Source: Candidatus Binatia bacterium (lineage in GTDB: Bacteria; Desulfobacterota; Binatia; HRBIN30). Taken from it: DNA of 64,000 nt. This document shows, piece after piece, positions 6,501 through 14,698 of the stretch. The notes beneath the pieces were generated by a model. It was not told the origin of the DNA. It did no database searches and worked only from the letters and a program-made list of their open reading frames with translations. The translations under genes and the position numbers were made by a program. The stretch spans positions 64,001 to 128,000 of the forward strand of contig JBBRSP010000006.1 in the NCBI GenBank assembly GCA_038245295.1, written 5' to 3'. Within the stretch, counting starts at the first letter, position 1. Each line of letters opens with the position of its first letter.

Positions 6501-9362
6501 ATGCGTCGTCCTTCTGCCTCAATCGGATTCGCGCTTGTCCTGCTCGCTTGTGTCACCGCGCCTGTGGGCAGAGCAAGTGCCGGAGCCCTCGCCTTCGAGA
6601 GCGGGCAAGTGCGACCGCTGGCGCTTTCCGCCGATAGCCGGCGGCTGTTTGCCGTGAACACACCCGACAATCGCCTCGAAATCTTCGACCTCACGGGCAG
6701 CCTCCCGAGCAAGGTCGCTTCGGTCGCCGTCGGCATCGAACCCGTCGCCGTCGCCGTCAGCGCCTCCGGCGAGGTTTGGGTCGTCAACCACCTTTCCGAC
6801 AGTGTCACCATTGTCGATGTGGCGGCGACGCCACCGCGCGTGACTCGCACGCTATTCGTTGGCGACGAACCACGCGACATCGTCTTCGCCGGCGCCGGCA
6901 GGTCGCGCGCCTTCATCACGGCGGCGCACCGCGGTCAGAACCGCCCAGGTGATCCGCAACTCTCTACCCCGGGCATCGGTCGTGCTGATGTCTGGGTCTT
7001 CGACACCATCAACCTGGGCGCCGCCCTCGGCGGCACAGCGGTCAGCGTCCTCAACTTGTTCGGAGACACGCCGCGCGCCCTGGCCGTGAGCCCCGACGGC
7101 CGCACCGTGTACGCCGCGGTGTTTCATTCCGGCAATCAGACGACATCGTTGTCTGAGGGTTTGGTATGTGATGGCGGCGCCACGGCGCGCCCGTGCAATA
7201 TGTTCGGCACCGCACTACCAGGAGGCCTGCCGGCGCCCAACGCCAATAGTGAAGGGATTCGAGGACCGGAGACTGGCCTGATCGTCCGCTTCAATCCGGC
7301 TACCCAGGCTTGGGAAGATCGCCTGGGACGCAATTGGAACAGCGCGGTGCGCTTCTCGTTACCGGATCGAGACGTCTTTTCCATCGATGCAATGGCCACC
7401 CCGCCGGTCGAGCACGCGTCCTTTCCCCACGTCGGCACGATCTTGTTCAACATGGTGGTCCACCCGACGAACGGCAAAGTCTATGTGAGTAATACGGAAG
7501 CCCGCAACGAGGTACGCTTCGAGGGCAAAGGGATGGTTTCGGGCAGCAGCGTGCGCGGGCACTTGCACGAGGCACGGATCACGGTGATCGACGGCACCAA
7601 CGTTCAGCCGCGTCACCTCAATAAACACATCGACTACTCGGTCGTGCCCAGCCCGGCCGGCACAAAGGAGCGCAGCCTGGCGACACCTCTAGGCATGACG
7701 CTGAGCGGCGATGGCGCAACGCTGTACGTCGCGGCGTTCGGTTCGAGCGCCATCGGGGTACTGTCTACAGCGGAGATAGACGCCGACACCTTTGTCCCCG
7801 ACGCCGCGCAGCAGATTACCGTGAGTGGCGGTGGCCCAACGGGCCTGGTGCTCGACGAACCGCGGCATCGCCTCTACGCGCTGACACGTTTCGACAACGG
7901 CATTGCCGTCCTTGATCTCGACGCACACTCGGAAGTCGCCCACCTGACGATGCACAATCCGGAACCAGCGAGTGTCATCCTCGGACGCCCGTTTCTCTAT
8001 GATGCACGGCTGACGTCGAGTAACGGCGAGGCATCGTGCTCTAGCTGCCACGTCTTCGGCGACGTCGACAGCCTCGCATGGGATCTCGGCGACCCCGACA
8101 GCTTGGTTACCGACAACCACAACCCGGGTGGGTCGGGGACCTTTCATCCGATCAAGGGTCCGATGACGACACAAACACTACGCGGCATCGACACACACGG
8201 ACCAATGCACTGGCGGGGTGATCGGACCGGCGCCAGCATCGGCGGCGACCCGCTCGACGAAGGGTTGGCGTTTGAGCAGTTCAACGTCGCCTTCGAAGGG
8301 TTGCTCGGCCGCGGCGAGCCCCTCACCGACGCACAGATGAAGGCGTTCACCACCTTCATCCTGCAGGTGACTTTGCCGCCGAATCCGATTCGCGCCTTGA
8401 ACAACACGTTGACGGCGGATCAACAGGCCGGGCGAACATTCTTCTTTGGCCCCAACGTTGATACGATCGCCAACTGTAACGGTTGCCATGAGCTCGATCC
8501 GTCGATCGGGCATTTCGGTGCCAGCGGCAAGACAACCTTCGAGGCGGAACCGCAGCTCTTCAAGGTCGCGCACTTGCGAACGCTGTATCAGAAGGTTGGT
8601 ATGTTCGGGATGCCGGCCGTGCCGTTCTTCCGCGACGGCAACAACGGAGACATGGGCGAACAGATCCGTGGCTTCGGCTATCTGCACGATGGCAGTACCG
8701 ATACTGTCGATCGCTTCCTGCACGCCCAGGTGTTCAATTTCCAAGACGAGGACGAGCGCCAGAAGCTGCAGGCTTTCCTCTTCGCGTTCGATACGAATCT
8801 CGCGCCGGTCGTCGGCCAGCAAGTTACGCTCGAGAATACCGCGAATGCTGCGGCTGCCGCCCGCCTTGATCTGCTCGAAGCACGCGCCGCAGCTGGCGAA
8901 TGCGACCTGGCCGCCAAAGCTGTTGTGAGTGGCGGGGCGCGTGGGTGGTATCGAACGGCAGCCGGCACGTTCCAAGCCGACCGCGCCGCTGAACCGCCGG
9001 TGAGCAGCGCCGCATTGCGGGCCGTGGCGTCCACAGCTTCACAGGCGTTGACCTACACATGCGGCCCGCGTGGCACCGGCATTCGACTCGGTGTGGATCG
9101 TGATGCGGATGGGGTTTTCGACCAAGACGAGATCGACGCCGGGACCGACCCTGCCGATGCGCAGAGTACTCCAGTCACCTGTCGCGGTGACTGTGATGGG
9201 GATGGCGCCGTCGACGTCACGGAGATCATTCGTGGCGTGCGTATCGCCGTCGGCAGCACCGCGGCGGATACATGCCCCGGCTTTGGCGTTACCTGCCCCG
9301 AGGTGTGTATCGATCAGCTCATCGCGGCGGTGGGCAACGCGTTGAACGGTTGTGGAATGTAG
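6501..9362 (+). CDS. Secreted YVTN/YncE beta-propeller plus di-heme cytochrome c (peroxidase/MauG-superfamily-like) protein with C-terminal dockerin-like domain
   Basis: Signal peptide; propeller repeats (LALSADSRRLFAVN, LAVSPDGRTVY); two CxxCH motifs (CSSCH about 8037, CNGCH about 8475); YLHDGS; DxDxDG Ca-binding repeat; C-terminal CxGDCxGD domain. Confidence 0.82.
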   Translation: MRRPSASIGFALVLLACVTAPVGRASAGALAFESGQVRPLALSADSRRLFAVNTPDNRLEIFDLTGSLPSKVASVAVGIEPVAVAVSASGEVWVVNHLSDSVTIVDVAATPPRVTRTLFVGDEPRDIVFAGAGRSRAFITAAHRGQNRPGDPQLSTPGIGRADVWVFDTINLGAALGGTAVSVLNLFGDTPRALAVSPDGRTVYAAVFHSGNQTTSLSEGLVCDGGATARPCNMFGTALPGGLPAPNANSEGIRGPETGLIVRFNPATQAWEDRLGRNWNSAVRFSLPDRDVFSIDAMATPPVEHASFPHVGTILFNMVVHPTNGKVYVSNTEARNEVRFEGKGMVSGSSVRGHLHEARITVIDGTNVQPRHLNKHIDYSVVPSPAGTKERSLATPLGMTLSGDGATLYVAAFGSSAIGVLSTAEIDADTFVPDAAQQITVSGGGPTGLVLDEPRHRLYALTRFDNGIAVLDLDAHSEVAHLTMHNPEPASVILGRPFLYDARLTSSNGEASCSSCHVFGDVDSLAWDLGDPDSLVTDNHNPGGSGTFHPIKGPMTTQTLRGIDTHGPMHWRGDRTGASIGGDPLDEGLAFEQFNVAFEGLLGRGEPLTDAQMKAFTTFILQVTLPPNPIRALNNTLTADQQAGRTFFFGPNVDTIANCNGCHELDPSIGHFGASGKTTFEAEPQLFKVAHLRTLYQKVGMFGMPAVPFFRDGNNGDMGEQIRGFGYLHDGSTDTVDRFLHAQVFNFQDEDERQKLQAFLFAFDTNLAPVVGQQVTLENTANAAAAARLDLLEARAAAGECDLAAKAVVSGGARGWYRTAAGTFQADRAAEPPVSSAALRAVASTASQALTYTCGPRGTGIRLGVDRDADGVFDQDEIDAGTDPADAQSTPVTCRGDCDGDGAVDVTEIIRGVRIAVGSTAADTCPGFGVTCPEVCIDQLIAAVGNALNGCGM

Positions 9363-9383
9363 CCAGCCGAGGTGGGCGGGCGA

Positions 9384-9647
9384 TCAAGCGCTCGCGGGGC
9401 GCCTCTTCTTGGCGCGACGTCGCACGCTGCGATCGTAATTGAGATACAGTGCTTCGACTTTCTTACGCGCCCATGGCGTCTTGCGAAGAAAGGTCAAGCT
9501 CGACTTGATGCTCGGGTTGCTTGTGAAACACTTGATGGTGATGAGGCGTCCCATCTCCTCCCAACCGACATTCTCAACCAGGGTCGAGAGAATCGTTTCA
9601 AGGGTAAGTCCATGCAGAGGATTATTCGGTTGTTCTTCCGTCATCAC
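9384..9647 (-). CDS. VF530/DUF2132-family small putative DNA-binding protein
   Basis: [15 protein letters not shown]...[30 protein letters not shown] family signature. Confidence 0.9.
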   Translation of the reverse strand: MMTEEQPNNPLHGLTLETILSTLVENVGWEEMGRLITIKCFTSNPSIKSSLTFLRKTPWARKKVEALYLNYDRSVRRRAKKRRPASA

Positions 9648-9685
9648 GTGGCCTAGCGGTGCCGCTGCCGCACTGTCTTGCCAGG

Positions 9686-10339
9686 TTAGCTCTTCAGAAA
9701 AGCCCGGTTGCCGTAACGATCAAGAGAGACAACCTCTTCCACCGGACGCCGAGTGGTCGGACCATACTTGCCCTTCGGCCATCCCATCGGAATCACGGCA
9801 CACGGCGTAATGTTCCACGGCAGGCCGAGGGCGCGACGCGCCAGGAACAGACTCCACAACGGCAGTGTGATCAGCGCTGCCCCAAGGCCGGCCGCGCGCG
9901 CGGCGAGCAGAAGATTCTGCACAGACGGAAAGATCGAGCCGTAGGCACTCGAGGCCGCCAGGGCCGGGAATGGCGGGATGATCGATTTGAGACATGCCAC
10001 GACAATGACCGGAATCTCTTCGAAGTGGTCAGCCTGCCATTGCACCGCGTTTAGAATCTTCAGCATACGTTCGTCACCCGACGCCAGACGGCGCCCGATC
10101 CCGCCGTACAGATTCCAGGCGCGCCGGTTCAAACGTGCCAGTTTTGCTTTGACGGCCGGGTCTTTGATGACGAGAAACTCCCAATTCTGGGCGTTGGAGC
10201 CGGTAGGCGCCTTCAGTGCCAACTCGATCAGTTGCAGGATGAGAGCATCATCGACGGGATCGGCTTTCAAACGACGGATGGCGCGCTGCGTGCGCATCGC
10301 CTCGTCGAGAGGCATGTTCAGCGGAATCTGTGAACTCAT
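9686..10339 (-). CDS. Nitroreductase-family flavoprotein
   Basis: [47 protein letters not shown] at 10339 preferred; GTG at 10357 is possible. Confidence 0.9.
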   Translation of the reverse strand: MSSQIPLNMPLDEAMRTQRAIRRLKADPVDDALILQLIELALKAPTGSNAQNWEFLVIKDPAVKAKLARLNRRAWNLYGGIGRRLASGDERMLKILNAVQWQADHFEEIPVIVVACLKSIIPPFPALAASSAYGSIFPSVQNLLLAARAAGLGAALITLPLWSLFLARRALGLPWNITPCAVIPMGWPKGKYGPTTRRPVEEVVSLDRYGNRAFLKS

Positions 10340-10373
10340 GGCGGGCGATACGAGCACGCTCCGCCCCGCTACG

Positions 10374-11354
10374 TCAAACGGCCCAGATCCCGAGATGCTT
10401 CCAGAGTTTGATCGTCATCGGTGTCAGCAGCCCAAGCTCGCCGCATAGATCGCGAACTTTGCTCACAGCGATGGCATTCTCGGCGCGATGCCTCGGGTTT
10501 TCCGCGTACGCCTCGCGGATCACTTGTTTCGGGATACCGTAGGTACGGATGACATCAGCCGAAGGCCGCATCATCAGTGGTGTCATGTTGCTGAGCACTA
10601 GAGGCGTGCGAATCGACAGCATCAAACGACGTGCGGCACTCAGCTGAGGAACCTGGCGCTTGAGGAAGTGGCGGGCGAAGCACAGGTGTCGGGCCTCTTC
10701 GGTAACGTGAATCTGCATGATGCGCTTCAGTATGGGCGGCACTTCTCGCCCGCTCCGTAGAGCCAGCCGTTGGCGATAATCGATCGGGTCTTCGCCACCC
10801 AGCACGAACATGAAGAACAGCTCAGGGAAGGTGCGGGCGAAGCGCTCGACGACGCGACCGCCCATACGCATGTGCGCCGGCAGACCGGGCACATCAAAGC
10901 CGCTGCGATTGACGAACTCCTGGAACATCAGGGAGTGCTGCGCCTCCTCGATCACCTCGTGGTAGACGTAGCGAAACTCAGGCGAGTTATTGGGGAGGCG
11001 TGTCGCGAAATCCAATAGCCCCCGCTTGAGGATGCATTCGAACTGCGCACCGATCTTCATGAACGAGGTCGTCATGTGCAGCCCGATCCGAGAGCGCACG
11101 CCGGCTGGCTGCGCGTGATACCACGTCGTGATGCCGATGGGATCGATGTCGCCGGCTTCCCAGCGCGAATCATCCGGATCGATGCGATAGTCGGCGTCAT
11201 CCCAGGGAACATCGCCATACGCGTCGAAGTGTTTGACGACGGACTGATGGCTGAGCCGCCGCAACAGGGCCGTATAGGTTTCCTTCGAGCGCAGCGGCGC
11301 GCGTTCTTCTTCGGGAACCAGGTAGGAATCGTTGAGTGTCGCGGCAGAGTTCAC
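10374..11354 (-). CDS. AurF-family diiron oxygenase
   Basis: Ferritin-like ligand motifs HEVIEEAQHSLMF, GEDPID and HVTEEARH. AGGAGG RBS before GTG. Confidence 0.9.
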   Translation of the reverse strand: MNSAATLNDSYLVPEEERAPLRSKETYTALLRRLSHQSVVKHFDAYGDVPWDDADYRIDPDDSRWEAGDIDPIGITTWYHAQPAGVRSRIGLHMTTSFMKIGAQFECILKRGLLDFATRLPNNSPEFRYVYHEVIEEAQHSLMFQEFVNRSGFDVPGLPAHMRMGGRVVERFARTFPELFFMFVLGGEDPIDYRQRLALRSGREVPPILKRIMQIHVTEEARHLCFARHFLKRQVPQLSAARRLMLSIRTPLVLSNMTPLMMRPSADVIRTYGIPKQVIREAYAENPRHRAENAIAVSKVRDLCGELGLLTPMTIKLWKHLGIWAV

Positions 11355-11372
11355 AGAGCAACCTCCTGAGGT

Positions 11373-11972
11373 TTACGATGGGACGGCGAGGCCACTGATC
11401 ATCTTGAGGACGTCGAGCACCTGTTGGCTGCGCTTGTCGTCGCGCAGCACATCGGCTTCGAGCGCCAGGCCTTGCAACAAAGCAAAGGTGAAATGCGGAG
11501 CAACGTCGAAGAGTGGCCCGGCCAACGCCGGTCGCGGGAACAATTCGAGAAAGGTGGTTTGGATCGTCTCGCTGAAGCGCTCGCCGAGACGCGCCACCAC
11601 CGGCCGCAACTCATCGTCGGTTCGTGCCGCCACCATGACTTCGAGCCATGCAAAGAAGGCGGGGCCGGAGACGACGGACCACAACATGTCGATCGCCGCA
11701 GCGGCACGGTTGGTTCCCGCCGGTAGAGACGCAAACTTGGCGCGAAACTCATCGCGTCGCCGCGTCAACAAATGGTCGACGGCGGTGATCACCAACTCCG
11801 CCTTGGTTGGGAAATGGTGCAGTTGCGCCCCGCGCGAGAGACCCGCTCGATTGGCGACTTCTGTCGTCGTGGTCTTGGCGAAGCCCAGCTCGTAGAGACA
11901 GTCGATGGTGGCGTCGAGCAATCGAGCTCTGGTGGAAGCGGTACGTTCTTCCTGGGTGCGACGAGTCGGCAT
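11373..11972 (-). CDS. TetR/AcrR-family transcriptional regulator
   Basis: RRTQEERTASTRARLLDATIDCL...TTTTEVANRAGLSRGAQLHHFPTK HTH. Start set at ATG 11972. Confidence 0.93.
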   Translation of the reverse strand: MPTRRTQEERTASTRARLLDATIDCLYELGFAKTTTTEVANRAGLSRGAQLHHFPTKAELVITAVDHLLTRRRDEFRAKFASLPAGTNRAAAAIDMLWSVVSGPAFFAWLEVMVAARTDDELRPVVARLGERFSETIQTTFLELFPRPALAGPLFDVAPHFTFALLQGLALEADVLRDDKRSQQVLDVLKMISGLAVPS

Positions 11973-12003
11973 AGTGACTCGTGTGCTACGCCAGCAGATA
12001 GAT

Positions 12004-12100
12004 GCAAGCAATCCTGCATGTATCCCTTGCGGCGGACCCAACTCGGAAGTCATTGGCCGGCCTTTTACTCAGCCACGAACAAACAATCAAGCCTGAATGT
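12004..12100. promoter_or_regulatory. Two related imperfect palindromes, likely TetR operators
   Basis: GCAAGCAATCCTGCATGT (12004-12021) and ACAATCAAGCCTGAATGT (12083-12100) are 14/18 identical; the second is 14/18 self-complementary. Both lie just upstream of tetR. Confidence 0.65.
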
Positions 12101-12151
12101 AACTTTCTCAGGGAATCCCCCCCCCCGGTCCGGCACACTCTCTGCAATCCT

Positions 12152-12970
12152 TTATATATGAAGGACCTGCGGCAACTGGTCTGGCTCGAAACGCAAACTG
12201 ATGTAGAACGATCCAAACATCCCGTAGCGGGCACTCGCCTCGTCGTAACGCAACTCGTAGACGATATCGCGAATGGCCTTCGGGTCCTTGGAGAACAGGG
12301 TCACCCCCCACTCCCAATCGTCGATGCCGGTACAGGTCGTGATCAACTGGGTTACCCGGTCGGCGAACCGTCGCCCAGAATTGCCATGCTGCAACATTAA
12401 CTTCTTGCGCGTGTCGAAGTCGAGACGATACCAGTTATCGATGTCGCGCCGCGATTTGGCCATCGGATAGAAACACACCATCGGATAACTGGCGTCGGGC
12501 AACTGCGGATGCAGGCGTGCACCGGAATACATCGCCGTCCGCTTGCGTAGCTGACCGATACGTTGGCTGAACTCCGGCGACGCGGGATCGAGTTTCTGCT
12601 CCTCGATCAGCGAGCGCGACCAGTCTAGCTCGTTCGTGATGTACTCACTTGCCTCGCTGAGGGAGAGGAATTCGTACACCTGCTGCAGACAGCTCCCGAA
12701 CGCCGTTGCCGCAACCTCCTGCGTCAACTGTTGGATGCGCCACAGATCGGCGTGTACAGCGATGAGTCCGAAGTCGGACTTGGTCACGCCGGCCAACAAC
12801 ATCAGCTGCAAGCCTTCCTCAGCACACACCTTCCGCAACCAGGTGGTGAACTCTTCGACCGCCGCCGGGCGATCGGCGAGCAGGCGCCAGCGTGACCGAT
12901 CAATTCGATAGTAGAGGTGCAACACAGCCCAGCCTGCAGACGGCATCAATCCGCTTGGTCGTTCACTCAT
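12152..12970 (-). CDS. chdC: Coproheme decarboxylase (chlorite dismutase family)
   Basis: GWAVLHLYYRID, CFYPMAKSR...NWYRL, MLQHGNSGR (proximal His), VTQLIT (Gln rather than the Cld catalytic Arg), GIDDWEWGVTLF, LRYDEASARYG. Start MSERPS after an AGGAG RBS. Confidence 0.85.
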   Translation of the reverse strand: MSERPSGLMPSAGWAVLHLYYRIDRSRWRLLADRPAAVEEFTTWLRKVCAEEGLQLMLLAGVTKSDFGLIAVHADLWRIQQLTQEVAATAFGSCLQQVYEFLSLSEASEYITNELDWSRSLIEEQKLDPASPEFSQRIGQLRKRTAMYSGARLHPQLPDASYPMVCFYPMAKSRRDIDNWYRLDFDTRKKLMLQHGNSGRRFADRVTQLITTCTGIDDWEWGVTLFSKDPKAIRDIVYELRYDEASARYGMFGSFYISLRFEPDQLPQVLHI

Positions 12971-13072
12971 CGCGTTTCTCCTTGTCTCAGCAACGTGAGT
13001 AGTCCACGCCTGCTCCCTCGGCAACCGCCGCCCGTGGTTGCACCATCGCGACTGCAGCGATAGCCAAGCGGC

Positions 13073-14350
13073 GTGTCGCAACGAGTCCACATCGATAATC
13101 TCAGTTACGGGCCACACGGCGTCGGGCGTCTCGACGGCAAGGTTGTCTTCGTCCGGGGTGTCATACCGGGCGAGGACGTCGACGTCGTCGTACGCGAGGA
13201 CCGTGGCTCCTTCGCCTTCGCGGACGCCGAACGCATCGTCGAAGCGAGCGCCGAGCGCCGACAACCACCGTGCCGGTTTCTGCCGCTCTGCGGCGGCTGC
13301 CCGTGGCAACACATCCAGTACGACACGCAGCTGCGCGCCAAAGAGAACAATCTGCGCGATCATCTGACGCGGCATGCCGGGATTGCCGAACCGCCGATGC
13401 GCCCCAGCATCCGCGCCACCGAGGAGTTTGGCTACCGTCACCGCCTCACCCTGCGCACGGAAGACGGCAACGTCGGTTTCATTGCCGGCGGCAGCCACGC
13501 CCTGGTGCCGGTCGATCACTGCCTCCTCGCCACACCGGAGATCGATGCCGCCATTCCGGCGGCGCGTAGCCTGCTCGGCAGTGTCGCCAGCCTCATGCAT
13601 CGCATTGAAATCGTGTCGCGCGGCGGTGCCGAGGGAATCGTGCTTGTCGGCGAGGTCGAAGGCAAGCTCGTGCCCAACGACGGCGACCGCGTGCGCCAAT
13701 GGCTGGCGCTCGAAGGCGCTCCTTTTGATGTCCGTGGCGTCGTCTTGCACGGCCGCGCCTGGCGCCGCGTCTGGGGCGACGAGAGCATCGTCATTCGCCC
13801 CGTCGCCGATCTGCCGCTCGTCGCCCGGGCCGGGGCGTTCACGCAAGTCACCCACAGCGGCAACATGGCGCTGGTCAATTCCGTGCTCGAGTTGGGAGCC
13901 TTCACTCAGGAAGATATCGTTCTCGACCTCTACTCCGGCATTGGTAACCTGACGCTGCCGATCGCCCGTCGCGTCAAAGAAATCACCGCCGTCGAGCAAT
14001 CGCGCTTGTCCGCCGAAGATGGCCGCCGCAACGCCCAGGCCCTCGGCTTGTCGCACGTCGAGATCGTTGCCGCCTCGGCGCGCGATGCCATGCGACGTTT
14101 TGCCTCCGAGCAGCGCCACTTCGATGTCGCCGTCCTCGATCCGCCGCGCAGCGGCGCCGCTGAAATCCTCGACACACTCATCGCCCTCGCCGTCCCACGT
14201 CTCGTTTATGTTTCGTGCAACCCGGCAACGTTGGCGCGCGACCTGAAACGGCTCAAGCAGCACTACCGCATCGACGCCGTGCAGCCCGTGGATCTGTTTC
14301 CGCAAACCTACCACCTCGAGGCAATCGTACACGCGACCCTGGTGTATTGA
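13073..14350 (+). CDS. rlmD: 23S rRNA (uracil-5)-methyltransferase RlmD/TrmA family
   Basis: TRAM domain, CRFLPLCGGCPWQH Fe-S motif, DLYSGIG, DPPRSG, YVSCNPATLARDL, DLFPQTYHLE. Confidence 0.92.
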   Translation: MSQRVHIDNLSYGPHGVGRLDGKVVFVRGVIPGEDVDVVVREDRGSFAFADAERIVEASAERRQPPCRFLPLCGGCPWQHIQYDTQLRAKENNLRDHLTRHAGIAEPPMRPSIRATEEFGYRHRLTLRTEDGNVGFIAGGSHALVPVDHCLLATPEIDAAIPAARSLLGSVASLMHRIEIVSRGGAEGIVLVGEVEGKLVPNDGDRVRQWLALEGAPFDVRGVVLHGRAWRRVWGDESIVIRPVADLPLVARAGAFTQVTHSGNMALVNSVLELGAFTQEDIVLDLYSGIGNLTLPIARRVKEITAVEQSRLSAEDGRRNAQALGLSHVEIVAASARDAMRRFASEQRHFDVAVLDPPRSGAAEILDTLIALAVPRLVYVSCNPATLARDLKRLKQHYRIDAVQPVDLFPQTYHLEAIVHATLVY

Positions 14351-14420
14351 CTTGGCAAAACCACGCCCCTATGTCCGAACAAGAAGGTCGTGCTCGTCCC
14401 GCATAAAGGTGGTCCGCCCT

Positions 14421-14666
14421 ATGTCGTCGCAACCGAAGTCGGTGAAGCCAAAAATCACCATCATTCCCGGCAAGGGTGTTTCCCAGACGATCAACTTCCT
14501 CATCGAAGATCGCGACCAGCTCGATTGGCTCGTCGCGGTAGGCCGCAACAAGAACGGCGAGATCTTCTTTTACGACACCGGTGGCGACATCGTCGAAGAT
14601 CTGGGCACTCTGGAATATCTCAAAGAGCGCATTAGTCGCGCCCACTTCGGCGAAGATCCGGAGTAA
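14421..14666 (+). CDS. Hypothetical 81-aa protein
   Basis: Fills the rlmD-ggt gap; AAGGTGG RBS; coding-like codon use; globular alpha/beta pattern. Confidence 0.7.
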   Translation: MSSQPKSVKPKITIIPGKGVSQTINFLIEDRDQLDWLVAVGRNKNGEIFFYDTGGDIVEDLGTLEYLKERISRAHFGEDPE

Positions 14667-14698
14667 ACCCTCCGGTTCTGCATCCACTCGGCGTCGAA

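Noticed and set aside
12971..14332. 454-aa N-terminal extension of the chdC ORF (726 aa in the track)
   Set aside because: It lies antisense to rlmD and reads as a shadow frame; family similarity and an AGGAG RBS begin at 12970.
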